Positions 17,559-27,231 of a DNA stretch of 64,000 nucleotides are shown one piece after another; position 1 is the first letter of the stretch; every line of letters begins with the position of its first letter. The DNA comes from Candidatus Shapirobacteria bacterium (GTDB taxonomy: Bacteria; Patescibacteriota; Microgenomatia; UBA12405), in contig JBAZYN010000002.1 in NCBI GenBank assembly GCA_041659325.1, forward strand, positions 64,513 to 128,512, given 5' to 3'. Under the pieces are notes generated by a model. The model made no database searches and had not been told where the DNA came from. It worked only from the letters and a program-made list of their open reading frames with translations. Made by a program: the position numbers and the translations under genes.

Positions 17559-18270
17559 CAAAGATGGCCACAATGCTGAATTGAGGTCTGACCGAGAGTA
17601 TCAACCTTATCCTTCTACCGCCAATGAGAAGAGTATAACTGAAGAGCATGTTTTGCGAGATGACCGCCCGATTCCAACACGACCTGTATGTAGAGTGGAG
17701 AGTGTCGACGAAATTTACGGCAAGGTTGTCGCGTTCAGTACCGGACAAGGCCAGGAAAATCCATTGACTGAAAGCGATAATCAGAGTGCAGAAACTGAGA
17801 ACGATACCATCAAAGGGGAGGAAGATCGTTGTATGGAGTTTAAATCTTCCCTAAGGTGGGATTACCACCAAAGTAAAGTGAACACAGAACTTGAGCTTGA
17901 GGTTATTATAGAGATGGCCGCTTTTCTAAATACTAAAGGAGGACAGGTTATAATTGGGGTGAATGATGAAGGGTGTATTCTAGGACTTGATAACGACTTT
18001 AAAACTTTAGGAAAAAAGCAAAATAGAGATGGTTTTGGGCTTCAATTGGATAATCTTATCAGTAATTTTTTGGGTGGCGGAGTTTATCCGTACATAACGC
18101 TGGAATTCCAACAAAAGAATGAAAAAGATATTTGTATAATAAGAGCCAAAAGATGTAACCATGAAGTTTATGTAGGAAAAGATAGGGATTTTTATATTAG
18201 ACGGTTTAAATCCAAGGTGAAATTAAATAGCGAAGAAGCACATCGATATATTAATGAAAATTGGAGGTAA
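17539..18270 (+). CDS. AlbA_2 (Schlafen-like) domain protein
   Basis: EFK...W and GG.VIIGVNDEG.ILG motifs characteristic of Pfam AlbA_2; overlaps the upstream gene by 20 nt. Confidence 0.55.
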   Translation: MAIFMTDKDGHNAELRSDREYQPYPSTANEKSITEEHVLRDDRPIPTRPVCRVESVDEIYGKVVAFSTGQGQENPLTESDNQSAETENDTIKGEEDRCMEFKSSLRWDYHQSKVNTELELEVIIEMAAFLNTKGGQVIIGVNDEGCILGLDNDFKTLGKKQNRDGFGLQLDNLISNFLGGGVYPYITLEFQQKNEKDICIIRAKRCNHEVYVGKDRDFYIRRFKSKVKLNSEEAHRYINENWR

Positions 18271-18282
18271 GTACCTATCTCC

Positions 18283-18651
18283 TTACTTCCCCCACTTTCT
18301 TGCTACTTCAAGTAGTTCCTCGCCTAACTTCTGAGCACTATCCCTGTACTCTTTTGCAATCCTTTCATCATTAACTGTCATAAGTAGGGCTTTTTTTAGA
18401 AAATTTCTGTGTTGACACCATGCATCTATAAATCTCCTTAATTTGGTTCCAACCTCGATATCGATGGCCTCGATTTGTGTAGCTCTAAACTTAATATGTT
18501 GTTCACTTGTTGCTCTTATCCTGAAACCCTTGTGCATACCCTCAATACAAAAAGAATTTACATCTTTTGCGGCTTGTATTTTTACAGCTCTTTTATGTTT
18601 TCTATTCTCAAAAAACTCATTAATCCAACCTTCACCGAATTTAGCAATCAA
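18283..18651 (-). CDS. hypothetical protein (possible additional N-terminal TM helix upstream with a non-ATG start)
   Basis: 122-aa ORF. The in-frame upstream sequence encodes a hydrophobic helix back to a TAG stop at about 18760, without an ATG. Confidence 0.35.
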   Translation of the reverse strand: MIAKFGEGWINEFFENRKHKRAVKIQAAKDVNSFCIEGMHKGFRIRATSEQHIKFRATQIEAIDIEVGTKLRRFIDAWCQHRNFLKKALLMTVNDERIAKEYRDSAQKLGEELLEVARKWGK

Positions 18652-18778
18652 GGCAATAATAACTCCTCCTATTGCACCAAGAATGGCCGTAATTTTTGGA
18701 TTAGATAACAGCTCGTTTAATATATGAATATTATAGACCTTACTTATATTGGGTTGTTGCTAGATTGTATGGTATAGA

Positions 18779-18815
18779 CATAAAATAGGTTCTAACTGTT
18801 CAACGGTTTATCGTC
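18779..18815 (+). repeat. S-repeat copy 2 (box A intact, box B degenerate)
   Basis: CATAAAATAGGTTCTAACTG...GGTTTATCG. Confidence 0.6.
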
Positions 18816-19738
18816 TATTTTTCGGGGGGACAAAGTTCATCAAACATGTTTGAAAGTTGGTGAATTTTCACTCCCTCTCCGGTATCGTACCAATCAATTT
18901 TCGGAGCATTATAGTTTGGAATTTCAAAACTATTTAGCTTGTCGAGGTCTTCTTGCTCAATCTGAAAATCAAACGATGCCAGGTTTTCATCGACATGGTT
19001 TTTAGTGCTTGATTTGACCAGTGGGAAAAACCCTTTTGATACTACCCAATTAAGAATGATTTGATTTTGACTTTTGCCGTATTTTTGAGAGAGCTCGACT
19101 AATAAAGGCCAATTTCTTGATGCCGTCATATTCCTTCGCAAGGGCTGGTAGATAACATTGAGAATGTTATTTTGTTGAGCATAACCAGTCACGCCAAGTT
19201 TTTCATTTTCCCGAACTTCGAAATTAAAAGCACCTTCATGAGCAAATAGCTTGTCACCTAGTGCCTCATGGTATGTTTTTAGAAACTCTGGGCTGGAATT
19301 TGTCAGGCTAGTGAACCTAGTCTTACCTTCACCGATAAGTTTATCAATCATCGTTTTTATAGCTTCCAACCCTAAACCCCTGACAAGACCCATCGTAAAC
19401 TGAACACTGTCAATATGGTCTGTCCCAAGTGTACTCAAGAAATCATCTACACGATTCTCCGCCTCCTCAATAGTGCTGGCATCCTTCTGATACACAGATA
19501 GGGTTACAAAAATGTTATTTCTATCGACACCTGACTTTTTAACAGCTTGTGACAATAAATCAACAGCCTTGCCTTGAGCATACATATAGACTGTTTCGAC
19601 ATAATTTACGCCTTTGTTAAGGGTATAAGATAATGCGTCAATCTGACCTGAATCATCGTTATTAACGTCAGCCTCCATAAAGCCACCAATTCCCCAAGTA
19701 CCAATTCCCATTTTTGAAAAGTCACTTTTTGTTATCAT
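18815..19738 (-). CDS. aldo/keto reductase
   Basis: 307 aa with AKR-family (TIM-barrel oxidoreductase) sequence pattern, including an N-terminal GIGTWGIGG motif. Confidence 0.75.
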   Translation of the reverse strand: MITKSDFSKMGIGTWGIGGFMEADVNNDDSGQIDALSYTLNKGVNYVETVYMYAQGKAVDLLSQAVKKSGVDRNNIFVTLSVYQKDASTIEEAENRVDDFLSTLGTDHIDSVQFTMGLVRGLGLEAIKTMIDKLIGEGKTRFTSLTNSSPEFLKTYHEALGDKLFAHEGAFNFEVRENEKLGVTGYAQQNNILNVIYQPLRRNMTASRNWPLLVELSQKYGKSQNQIILNWVVSKGFFPLVKSSTKNHVDENLASFDFQIEQEDLDKLNSFEIPNYNAPKIDWYDTGEGVKIHQLSNMFDELCPPEK

Positions 19739-19805
19739 ATAGAACGATTATACTAAGTTGTTGACGATACTAGGGCAAATGAATCTAAATTGTGATCCGA
19801 AAGGT

Positions 19806-19842
19806 TCATAAAATAGGTTCTAACTGCGTAAATGGTTGCCCG
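19806..19842 (+). repeat. S-repeat copy 3
   Basis: CATAAAATAGGTTCTAACTGCGT AA ATGGTTGCCCGG. Confidence 0.7.
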
Positions 19843-19961
19843 GTTGAGTTGATATTTTGTCTATGCGGAACCTAATGAAGGAGAAAAAGTCAGATATAGT
19901 TTGGTTTTGTAATCAATTACATAAGTATCTTGCTGTTTTTGGTTTATAATATGCGGGCAAG

Positions 19962-20660
19962 ATGGATTACCAAGAGGAATATATACATAAGCACCCTAGC
20001 TTACACCTAGAGCAGGCGCAGCTGAAAGCTAAACAAATATTGGATTTTTTAGGACCAATTAAAATTAATTCTTTATTAGATATTGGTTGCGGGTCTGGTG
20101 GAATAACAGAAATTTTAAAAGATTATCTTAAGCCTACTAAAGTGGTAGGCGTAGACATATCACAAACAATGATTCTGGCTGCCAGAGAGCGCGATAAAAT
20201 GAAACGGATAGAGTGGATATGCGAGGATATTCTTACATATCATTCCAAAACCAGATTTGACCTTGTGGTTGGTGTCGATATTCTAGAACACATAAGCGAT
20301 GACGTGGAATTACTAAAAATAATTCACCGACTGGGAAAAAAGGTGCTGATTAAAGTACCGATGGAGGATTCCTTTTTAGATAACCAAGTGATTCGGAAAC
20401 TAGGAATAAGTGACTCATGGAAAGAAAGCGAAAGAAAATATGGACATATTCACCACTACAATGAAAGACAACTACTAGAAATCTACAAGGGTGCTGGTTT
20501 TAGAATTATTAAATCGGGCTACATTCCCTTACCAAGAAGATCAAAGATGTTATACGAAGTCTTGAGAGTGTTATTCTTGCCGCTTGGATGGTTTTCAAAA
20601 AAAGCAGTAGCAAATTTTGTTGGTGGGTTTAAAATAGTATTAATGGAGCCGAGTAAATGA
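19962..20660 (+). CDS. class I SAM-dependent methyltransferase
   Basis: Motif I LDIGCGSGGIT. Confidence 0.75.
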   Translation: MDYQEEYIHKHPSLHLEQAQLKAKQILDFLGPIKINSLLDIGCGSGGITEILKDYLKPTKVVGVDISQTMILAARERDKMKRIEWICEDILTYHSKTRFDLVVGVDILEHISDDVELLKIIHRLGKKVLIKVPMEDSFLDNQVIRKLGISDSWKESERKYGHIHHYNERQLLEIYKGAGFRIIKSGYIPLPRRSKMLYEVLRVLFLPLGWFSKKAVANFVGGFKIVLMEPSK

Positions 20661-21157
20661 AGAATATAGAGCCTAAAGTTACAGAATTCTTCGTCTTCGA
20701 TGGTAGAAAGATTCAATTAAGTTGGTTTTTGGGTTTGCCAGATCCATCTCTAAAAGTTAGTCAGGTAAGTGCTTATTGTATCTATATAAAAAAGTTAATA
20801 CTGGTGAAAAATAAGAGGGGTTGGGGTATACCGGGCGGACATCCGGAAGATCATGAAACATGTGAACAGGCACTGAAAAGAGAGTTGTATGAGGAGGTAG
20901 GTATTGAAAAGAATTTTCAATCCAAACTAATAGGTTGGATGAAAGTAGAAGACCCGGGAAATCCAGGCCTTGAGGGAAAAGTTAGTATTCAGCTGAGATA
21001 TGTAATAATATTAGATGAACTACCAGCATTTACTCCTAACCCAGAAATCTTCGAACGGAGGCTGGTAGATATTAATGATTTTGACAAGTATGTCAGTTGG
21101 GCTTCTAGCCCGACCGGAAGAGCGCAAATCAGCGCGTTAATTTTAAATTTGATATGA
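20657..21157 (+). CDS. NUDIX hydrolase
   Basis: Nudix box GGHPEDHETCEQALKRELYEEVGI; 4-nt overlap with the upstream gene. Confidence 0.7.
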   Translation: MKNIEPKVTEFFVFDGRKIQLSWFLGLPDPSLKVSQVSAYCIYIKKLILVKNKRGWGIPGGHPEDHETCEQALKRELYEEVGIEKNFQSKLIGWMKVEDPGNPGLEGKVSIQLRYVIILDELPAFTPNPEIFERRLVDINDFDKYVSWASSPTGRAQISALILNLI

Positions 21158-22266
21158 AAATAGCTATTTATCAACCAAGAATTAGTTATTATGTTGGCGG
21201 CGGCGAAGTCGTACCTTTAGAGATGGCAAAGTATTTTGCTAAACATAATCACGAAGTAACCATTGTCACGGCCCGCCACCCGGAGGGTGATTCTGAATAT
21301 TTCAGAGATTTTTTAAAGTTAAATTCTGCCATCAAAACAGTGTACCTTGATATTCCTCGTGCCTTAAAATGGATTTATAACGAAAAACCAGGGACCAACC
21401 AATTGAGATGGGACTACGAAGCAGTACACGCGGGGAGATTGGCTCAATCTTATTTTGAAAAAAATGATTTTGATATATTAAACGTACATTACCGCGTGGA
21501 TATTCTGGCTGCCAATATTCGTTATCCGACAGTTATGTTTTTACATGGTGTGCCGGCTGAAGCAGAATATTTTGATAAGGTTTGGTATTCATTTCCAAAC
21601 GTAAAATATATATCCGTTTCAAAGTACATTGGGGAAAAGTGGTCAAACTTGGTAGGAGGATTGGAATACGATGTCTTTACCAACGGTGTTGATACTTCTT
21701 ATTTCCATCCGATAGATATCATCAAAGATATAGATGTTCTATATTTCGGAAGATTAGTTCCGGTCAAAGGAGTAAGTTATCTGATTGAGGCGATAAAAAT
21801 CTTGGTTGGCAAAAACTATTCACCCAAGGTTGTCATTGCCGGAAAAGGTAACCAGAGAGAAGAGCTAGAAGAACAAATGAAGAAACTGCAATTATTAAAG
21901 TATATTGATTTTGTAGGATACGTACCACAGAATCAGGTTCTTGAGCTGTATAACCGCTCTAAATTACTGGCGGCTCCGTCTTTTGATAGAGAAGGCGTAT
22001 TAACAACAATGCTAGAGGCTGCTGCTTGCGGAGTACCGACAGTAACTACAAATAGCTGTAGTATGCCTGAGTTCATAACCCACACCGTGAACGGATTGTT
22101 AGCGGAACCACAAGACTCGATGTCTTTAGCATCAGAAATAGAGAAGATACTAAGTAATACAAGCTTTGCCAAAAGATTGGGTAAAGAAGCAAGAAAGAAA
22201 GCCGAGGCTTGGAATTGGGAAAACAAATCCAGAGAATTAGAGAAATATTTTGAAAATGCTAGGTGA
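21154..22266 (+). CDS. glycosyltransferase family 1 (GT4-like)
   Basis: C-terminal EGVLTTMLEAAACGVPTV motif and Rossmann GT-B pattern. Confidence 0.8.
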   Translation: MKIAIYQPRISYYVGGGEVVPLEMAKYFAKHNHEVTIVTARHPEGDSEYFRDFLKLNSAIKTVYLDIPRALKWIYNEKPGTNQLRWDYEAVHAGRLAQSYFEKNDFDILNVHYRVDILAANIRYPTVMFLHGVPAEAEYFDKVWYSFPNVKYISVSKYIGEKWSNLVGGLEYDVFTNGVDTSYFHPIDIIKDIDVLYFGRLVPVKGVSYLIEAIKILVGKNYSPKVVIAGKGNQREELEEQMKKLQLLKYIDFVGYVPQNQVLELYNRSKLLAAPSFDREGVLTTMLEAAACGVPTVTTNSCSMPEFITHTVNGLLAEPQDSMSLASEIEKILSNTSFAKRLGKEARKKAEAWNWENKSRELEKYFENAR

Positions 22267-23131
22267 CAAGTTTTCATCATTAGTTTATTCCGGAGGGGTA
22301 ACGTTAAAAATCGTTTTTGATAATGGAGATTTAAGGGAACGGGTGCTAGGCAATTCATTTATACAAAAATATATCCCTGGGTTAAAAATTCTTACAGGTG
22401 AGGCAGCTGATGCGGCTATACACTTTGTGGATAAGGATATTTTTTTTCAATTCGATAGTTATCCAAAAATAATTATTGGAGCAAGGGACTTGTCGGAAAA
22501 AGATATCATTTCTCTAGTTGAATTAGCACTTGAGCGAGCCAGACAAGAAAGATGTGTATATTGTATTCATTCGGCGGCGGCGGTATTCAAAAACCGAGTA
22601 GTAGTCTTTTGGGGCGGAGCGTCAGGTATGGGTAAAACAAGACTGGCTCAAGAGTTGACTAAACAGGGAGGAGATTTTTACTCTGATGAAAAAACGCTGA
22701 TAGATCTAAATACAATGGAAGCGATGGGGGGTATTGCTTTTCAATTTCTTGACAAAGCATACTGGAGAGAGAAAAGAACAAGCATTAACTCTGATTCCTA
22801 TTATAAGGTTGAGTGCAACTTTGCCACTCCCCTCCCTCTGGGATTATTTGTCTATGGTTTTGCAATTGACGGCGCAATAGAAAGTGCCGAGAAGTGGACC
22901 GCAGAAAAATTTGAATGGCACCTGTACGAAGAGTTGGGGAGGAAGATCAGAGCCATATCCAGGAGAGTAAAGAATGGCAGTGTGTCCGTGCCATCTTTGG
23001 ATACTCAAAAAAACGCTGATAGACGGATCCAATACGTGCGGAGACTGACAACAAACATTCCGTGCTACTCTATTCAGGGATCAGACGAAAGTATAATAAA
23101 ATACATTAAAAAGCTAGAATTATGGAAATAA
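22250..23131 (+). CDS. P-loop kinase related to the HPr kinase/phosphorylase C-terminal domain
   Basis: VVVFWGGASGMGKTRLAQELTKQGGDFYSDEKTLID parallels the HprK pattern G.SG.GKS..ALEL..RG..LVADD. Confidence 0.45.
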   Translation: MKMLGDKFSSLVYSGGVTLKIVFDNGDLRERVLGNSFIQKYIPGLKILTGEAADAAIHFVDKDIFFQFDSYPKIIIGARDLSEKDIISLVELALERARQERCVYCIHSAAAVFKNRVVVFWGGASGMGKTRLAQELTKQGGDFYSDEKTLIDLNTMEAMGGIAFQFLDKAYWREKRTSINSDSYYKVECNFATPLPLGLFVYGFAIDGAIESAEKWTAEKFEWHLYEELGRKIRAISRRVKNGSVSVPSLDTQKNADRRIQYVRRLTTNIPCYSIQGSDESIIKYIKKLELWK

Positions 23132-23766
23132 GACCCGATGATTTTTCTAACCGGTTTAGTGATATGAAAAGATTCTGTGAACCGTCTTTATCGCCAGAGG
23201 AGATAGGGAATTGTATTGGGATGGTCTTGTTTAAACCGGATGCCACCAAGTCACTTCTTGATTTGCCTATTATGGAATATATTGAAAGAGAACTGGAAGA
23301 ATCCACGGGGCAAACAGTAGGGCTGTTTGCTTTTTGCCTGAAAAAAGTAAAGCCAGGGGAGGTGCGGAAGCTATATCCAGAAGAAAGAAATGAACAATAT
23401 TTAAAATATATCCAAGATCATTTTAGTGGTGGCGATGTCTACGTGGTGCTGGTAGCGGCGAGAAATGCGCCCGAATCATTGAATAGAATTAAAGGTAGTA
23501 TTAGGACTGGCAGCGGGATAAGGGGAAATTTTTGCCAGAATGCTCCTATTGGTGAAGAAAGCATGGACGACTGGAAGGCCGGTAAGTTAGATCCCGATAC
23601 GACTAGAAGAATTGGCATAGAACTTTTTGCTGCTAATTTGGTGCATGTCCCAGACGACAGAGAAGGCACTATTAGGGCAATAGAATTATTGTATCCTCCT
23701 AAAGAAATTGATAAAATGAGGGCATCCATTCCGATATTTGCTAAATGGTTGGAATATGAACAGTAA
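23122..23766 (+). CDS. nucleoside diphosphate kinase-like protein (divergent)
   Basis: LFKPDA near the N-terminus and NLVHVPDDREGTIRAIELLY resemble the NDK motifs IKPDG and N.IHGSD...A.REI..F. Confidence 0.4.
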   Translation: MEIRPDDFSNRFSDMKRFCEPSLSPEEIGNCIGMVLFKPDATKSLLDLPIMEYIERELEESTGQTVGLFAFCLKKVKPGEVRKLYPEERNEQYLKYIQDHFSGGDVYVVLVAARNAPESLNRIKGSIRTGSGIRGNFCQNAPIGEESMDDWKAGKLDPDTTRRIGIELFAANLVHVPDDREGTIRAIELLYPPKEIDKMRASIPIFAKWLEYEQ

Positions 23767-24253
23767 TACAAAAATAGTAACCGTGGTTAGAGCGGTGTTT
23801 AGGCTCGAAAACCAATACTTGGTGGTAGAACAAATAAATGCATCGGGTAATACTTATTTATTGTTTCCCGGGGGACATGCCGATCCAGGAGAATCACTAG
23901 TTACAGCGATCAAACGGGAAGTGGCGGAGGAACTAAATGTCGAAAAGTGTATTCCCAAAAAGATTATTTTTGTCAAAGAGACGCTAACTCCATTTGATCG
24001 AACTTTTGAGTATTTCTTTGAGTGTGAACCAAGTATGTATATTACAGATATAAGAGTTAAACAGAAAGAATATACTGGATATGAAGGTATTAAACGATGT
24101 CTATGGAAAAGTGCAATAGATTTGGAAACAGACAATAAATTTTTCCCTAAACACTTCTTTTCCAAGGATAATTATCAATATTTGGAGCTAAACATAGATC
24201 AATACAAAGATTTGTATGGTAATGATAGAAATATTAAAGCTTTATACATATGA
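23738..24253 (+). CDS. NUDIX hydrolase
   Basis: Nudix box GGHADPGESLVTAIKREVAEELNV. Confidence 0.7.
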   Translation: MLNGWNMNSNTKIVTVVRAVFRLENQYLVVEQINASGNTYLLFPGGHADPGESLVTAIKREVAEELNVEKCIPKKIIFVKETLTPFDRTFEYFFECEPSMYITDIRVKQKEYTGYEGIKRCLWKSAIDLETDNKFFPKHFFSKDNYQYLELNIDQYKDLYGNDRNIKALYI

Positions 24254-25827
24254 GAACCCAAGACGGTACTGACCAAATAATCAGAGATATTTGTCCTTTC
24301 AGTGATAATGAACAGGTAAAAGGATTGCTAAAAGACTTAGCCAGTGAATTCGGCTTCCCCAGAACAAAAAGGGTTTTAACTCTGTATTTTGATAACGATG
24401 TGCGATTAAGATGTGATGAAAATGATGTATTTTTGGGTCAAAAGATAAAAGCGAAATCAATGGAAACATATAGAGAAGCCAAAATGAAGTCGAAGTATAT
24501 TGGCTTGGTCATTGGTATGTTGTCGACAATGGGGCTAAAAAAAGCGGCTATAAGCAACGTAATAGAGATGACTTTTGTAGATGAGGAGAATTTTAAATTG
24601 GTTTACCTGGGTGACACTTTAATTTCCAAACATCAATTTGAGATTTCGTTATTGGGGATAGCTAAATATAAATCTAAAGTTTTAGACAAAATACTAAAAA
24701 ACAAATTGGGGTATTCGGACTTGGTGGAGAAGACAGCAAATATTGCCACAGAACAGATTATCGATGAAATGGGGGTGTTAAATGACAAAATTATTAGTTT
24801 CTGCAAAGAAACAAACTTGAGTCTTGGTCAAACAACCAACACCTCCTATTATTATCAGATATGCTCTGTTTCAAATGATTACTCCGGACTAGCGGAATTT
24901 TTTAAATTAATTACTGGCCATGAAATATGTGATCCGAATCCGTCTCCAGTAAATTTTATCCAAAGGCTACCTTCTGTTTCTGTAATAATTCCCGCTTATA
25001 ATCTGAGTGAGTCAGTCTTGAAAACCCTAAAGTCCCTTGAAAGACAGGACCATGAAATTAACTACGAAGTAATAATTGTAGACGATTGTTCGAAAAAACC
25101 AATTACAGAACAATTAATTCAAGTCCAGGGTGAATTGTTGCATCGACCGATAATAATTAGAAAAGAAAAAAATACCGGTAGTGCTCAAGCGAGGAATGTG
25201 GGTGCTTCTGTGGCTTCAAATGACATCCTATTGTTCGTTGACGGGGATGTGGTGTTGACTCCAAACTATTTATATGAACACCTAATCAGACATAAATTGT
25301 TCAACAAGTCCGTCCTGGTAAGCTTTAAAGAAAACGTAAATTTCGATGACCCAAGAATATCTTATGAGGCCATCCAGCAAGGTGTGCTTTTGCCAAATTA
25401 TCAAAACGATCTACGAGTGACTAAATACATTGATAAGGACACTATGGGCTATTACCCCAGTAATTATATGGAGAGAGGAGACATTTTTTCAATATTATCT
25501 GAGACTAATTATTTTAAAACTTTAAGCTATGGCAGGAGAATAGGTAACTACGATTTACCATCGATGGTAATTGGCCACAACTTTTCTATACCCAACAGCT
25601 TCTTTCGGGCAATAGGTGGTTTTGATAATAAGCTAATTGGATATGGGCTAGAAGATACTTTTTTGGGTATGGTAGCCGTCGCTGCAGGCGCGTTTATAGT
25701 ACCGGTATTGGCTTGTGGCGTGTATCATATCGATCACCCAACCAGACGAGGTGATTTAAATAAGTTAAGACAGGAATTCAGAGAAAATTCTGAAATTATC
25801 GAAAACTTTTTATCTACAAGTGAATAA
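24250..25827 (+). CDS. two-domain protein: unknown N-terminal domain plus C-terminal family 2 glycosyltransferase
   Basis: VSVIIPAYN...YEVIIVDDCS...LFVDGD (GT-A DxD) in the C-terminal half. Confidence 0.7.
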   Translation: MRTQDGTDQIIRDICPFSDNEQVKGLLKDLASEFGFPRTKRVLTLYFDNDVRLRCDENDVFLGQKIKAKSMETYREAKMKSKYIGLVIGMLSTMGLKKAAISNVIEMTFVDEENFKLVYLGDTLISKHQFEISLLGIAKYKSKVLDKILKNKLGYSDLVEKTANIATEQIIDEMGVLNDKIISFCKETNLSLGQTTNTSYYYQICSVSNDYSGLAEFFKLITGHEICDPNPSPVNFIQRLPSVSVIIPAYNLSESVLKTLKSLERQDHEINYEVIIVDDCSKKPITEQLIQVQGELLHRPIIIRKEKNTGSAQARNVGASVASNDILLFVDGDVVLTPNYLYEHLIRHKLFNKSVLVSFKENVNFDDPRISYEAIQQGVLLPNYQNDLRVTKYIDKDTMGYYPSNYMERGDIFSILSETNYFKTLSYGRRIGNYDLPSMVIGHNFSIPNSFFRAIGGFDNKLIGYGLEDTFLGMVAVAAGAFIVPVLACGVYHIDHPTRRGDLNKLRQEFRENSEIIENFLSTSE

Positions 25828-26516
25828 TGAATACACTGTTTTTGGATTTTGCGGAAACTTTGGGCTATCGTAATATTTCAGAATTTGAGAGTGATTTAAA
25901 GATAATAAGCAAATATGCAGAACTTGATCCCGGATTAATTAGCAAAAAATATAAAGGCTATCTAAGGATCAGCCAATTTTACGATAGGTCTTTGAGCTTT
26001 AAGGACTTTAAAGCCGAACTGGAATTTACAACTAAACACTTTAGTCGCTTTTTGACTAAAGAGTTAGACATTCCTAATGGGGAATTTATAGGTGAAAAAA
26101 TTGCAACTGATAAGTACCAAACACTTACCCATAGTTTTTTCCCTGAAGTAGGTGATGCTCTGACGCATTATGCGAAAGATAGTCAAATTTACATCCTATC
26201 GGATGGTAGACCGAGTAGGCGGAATACTTTGGATTTGCTAGGTTTAAACCAATTTTGTAAAGGGTATTTTATCTCCGACGAGGTCGGTTTTGTCAAAAGT
26301 GATACTGGTTTTTATAACAAAGTATTACAAAAAATAGGCATAAAAGGTAAGGTCTATTTTATAGATGATGCAATAGATAACCTTAATGCATTTTGTAAGG
26401 TATTGAGAGTCGAATGTATATTAATGGACAGAAAACATCTTCTAGATAAAAAGGGGTTAAAATATTTGGTGTTGGATAGCTTGCCATCACTGCTATATCT
26501 AAATGAAAGAAACTAG
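25827..26516 (+). CDS. HAD-superfamily hydrolase-like protein
   Basis: C-terminal VYFIDDAIDNL resembles HAD motif IV; weak. Confidence 0.4.
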   Translation: MNTLFLDFAETLGYRNISEFESDLKIISKYAELDPGLISKKYKGYLRISQFYDRSLSFKDFKAELEFTTKHFSRFLTKELDIPNGEFIGEKIATDKYQTLTHSFFPEVGDALTHYAKDSQIYILSDGRPSRRNTLDLLGLNQFCKGYFISDEVGFVKSDTGFYNKVLQKIGIKGKVYFIDDAIDNLNAFCKVLRVECILMDRKHLLDKKGLKYLVLDSLPSLLYLNERN

Positions 26517-27039
26517 TTCCGGTCAACCGGAGATGGTTGAGTGGAGAGGGAAAAGATATTTATATCAATGGATAGAGGGTGGGAATGAACATTTGTTTGA
26601 ACCCCGAACTTTAGTCCATATTATATGTTTTGACAACTTTGGTAATGTTTTGATACAACACGAGAACGATGAATGGCGGTTTCCCGGAGGAGGAAGTGAG
26701 GAAAATGAATCACTCGAGGCTACAGTAACCAGAGAAGCCATAGAGGAAACTGGTATTGTGCCCGCAGAGATTCAGCTACTCGGTGCTTTTAAGGTCCAAA
26801 AATTGTCAGCAGTGGAAAGCCCATATTTTCAACTATGCGCATTTTGTAGAGCAGGTGAGAGACGGGAACGAATACCTTCCTCAGAAAATGCGGAGATCGA
26901 TGAGGTAAGGTTCGTGTCACCTGTGGAAATTCCAGAATATATCAAATGGGGGAAGCACGGAGCAGAGATGTTTGATACTGCATGGTCACATTTTAGGTCA
27001 CTGCCGGAAATGACTAAAGAAATAGTTGGGCCACATTAG
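26503..27039 (+). CDS. NUDIX hydrolase
   Basis: Nudix box GGGSEENESLEATVTREAIEETGI. Confidence 0.7.
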   Translation: MKETSSGQPEMVEWRGKRYLYQWIEGGNEHLFEPRTLVHIICFDNFGNVLIQHENDEWRFPGGGSEENESLEATVTREAIEETGIVPAEIQLLGAFKVQKLSAVESPYFQLCAFCRAGERRERIPSSENAEIDEVRFVSPVEIPEYIKWGKHGAEMFDTAWSHFRSLPEMTKEIVGPH

Positions 27040-27052
27040 CAGCTGACAGTTG

Positions 27053-27091
27053 TATAAAACAGGTTCTAACTTGCGTCAATGGTTGCTCGCC
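27053..27091 (+). repeat. S-repeat copy 4
   Basis: TATAAAACAGGTTCTAACTTGCGT CA ATGGTTGCTCGCC, 14 nt after the NUDIX stop. Confidence 0.7.
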
Positions 27092-27141
27092 TACGCTCGC
27101 TGAAGCACGCTTCGGCGGATAAATCTGCTTAATGCCGGACA

Positions 27142-27158
27142 TTGTATAATTGGCCATG
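27142..27158 (+). promoter_or_regulatory. TATAAT-TGGCC-ATG leaderless promoter/start motif (copy 1 of 3)
   Basis: TTGTATAATTGGCCATG; the same 15-mer occurs at 30779 and 34048, where the ATG is the gene start. Confidence 0.4.
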
Positions 27159-27231
27159 AATTATAGACGTTTTTTGAGACCCGGTAACAGAACATTAGTG
27201 AAGTTGTTTTATAAAAATAAAGTAGTCAAAA

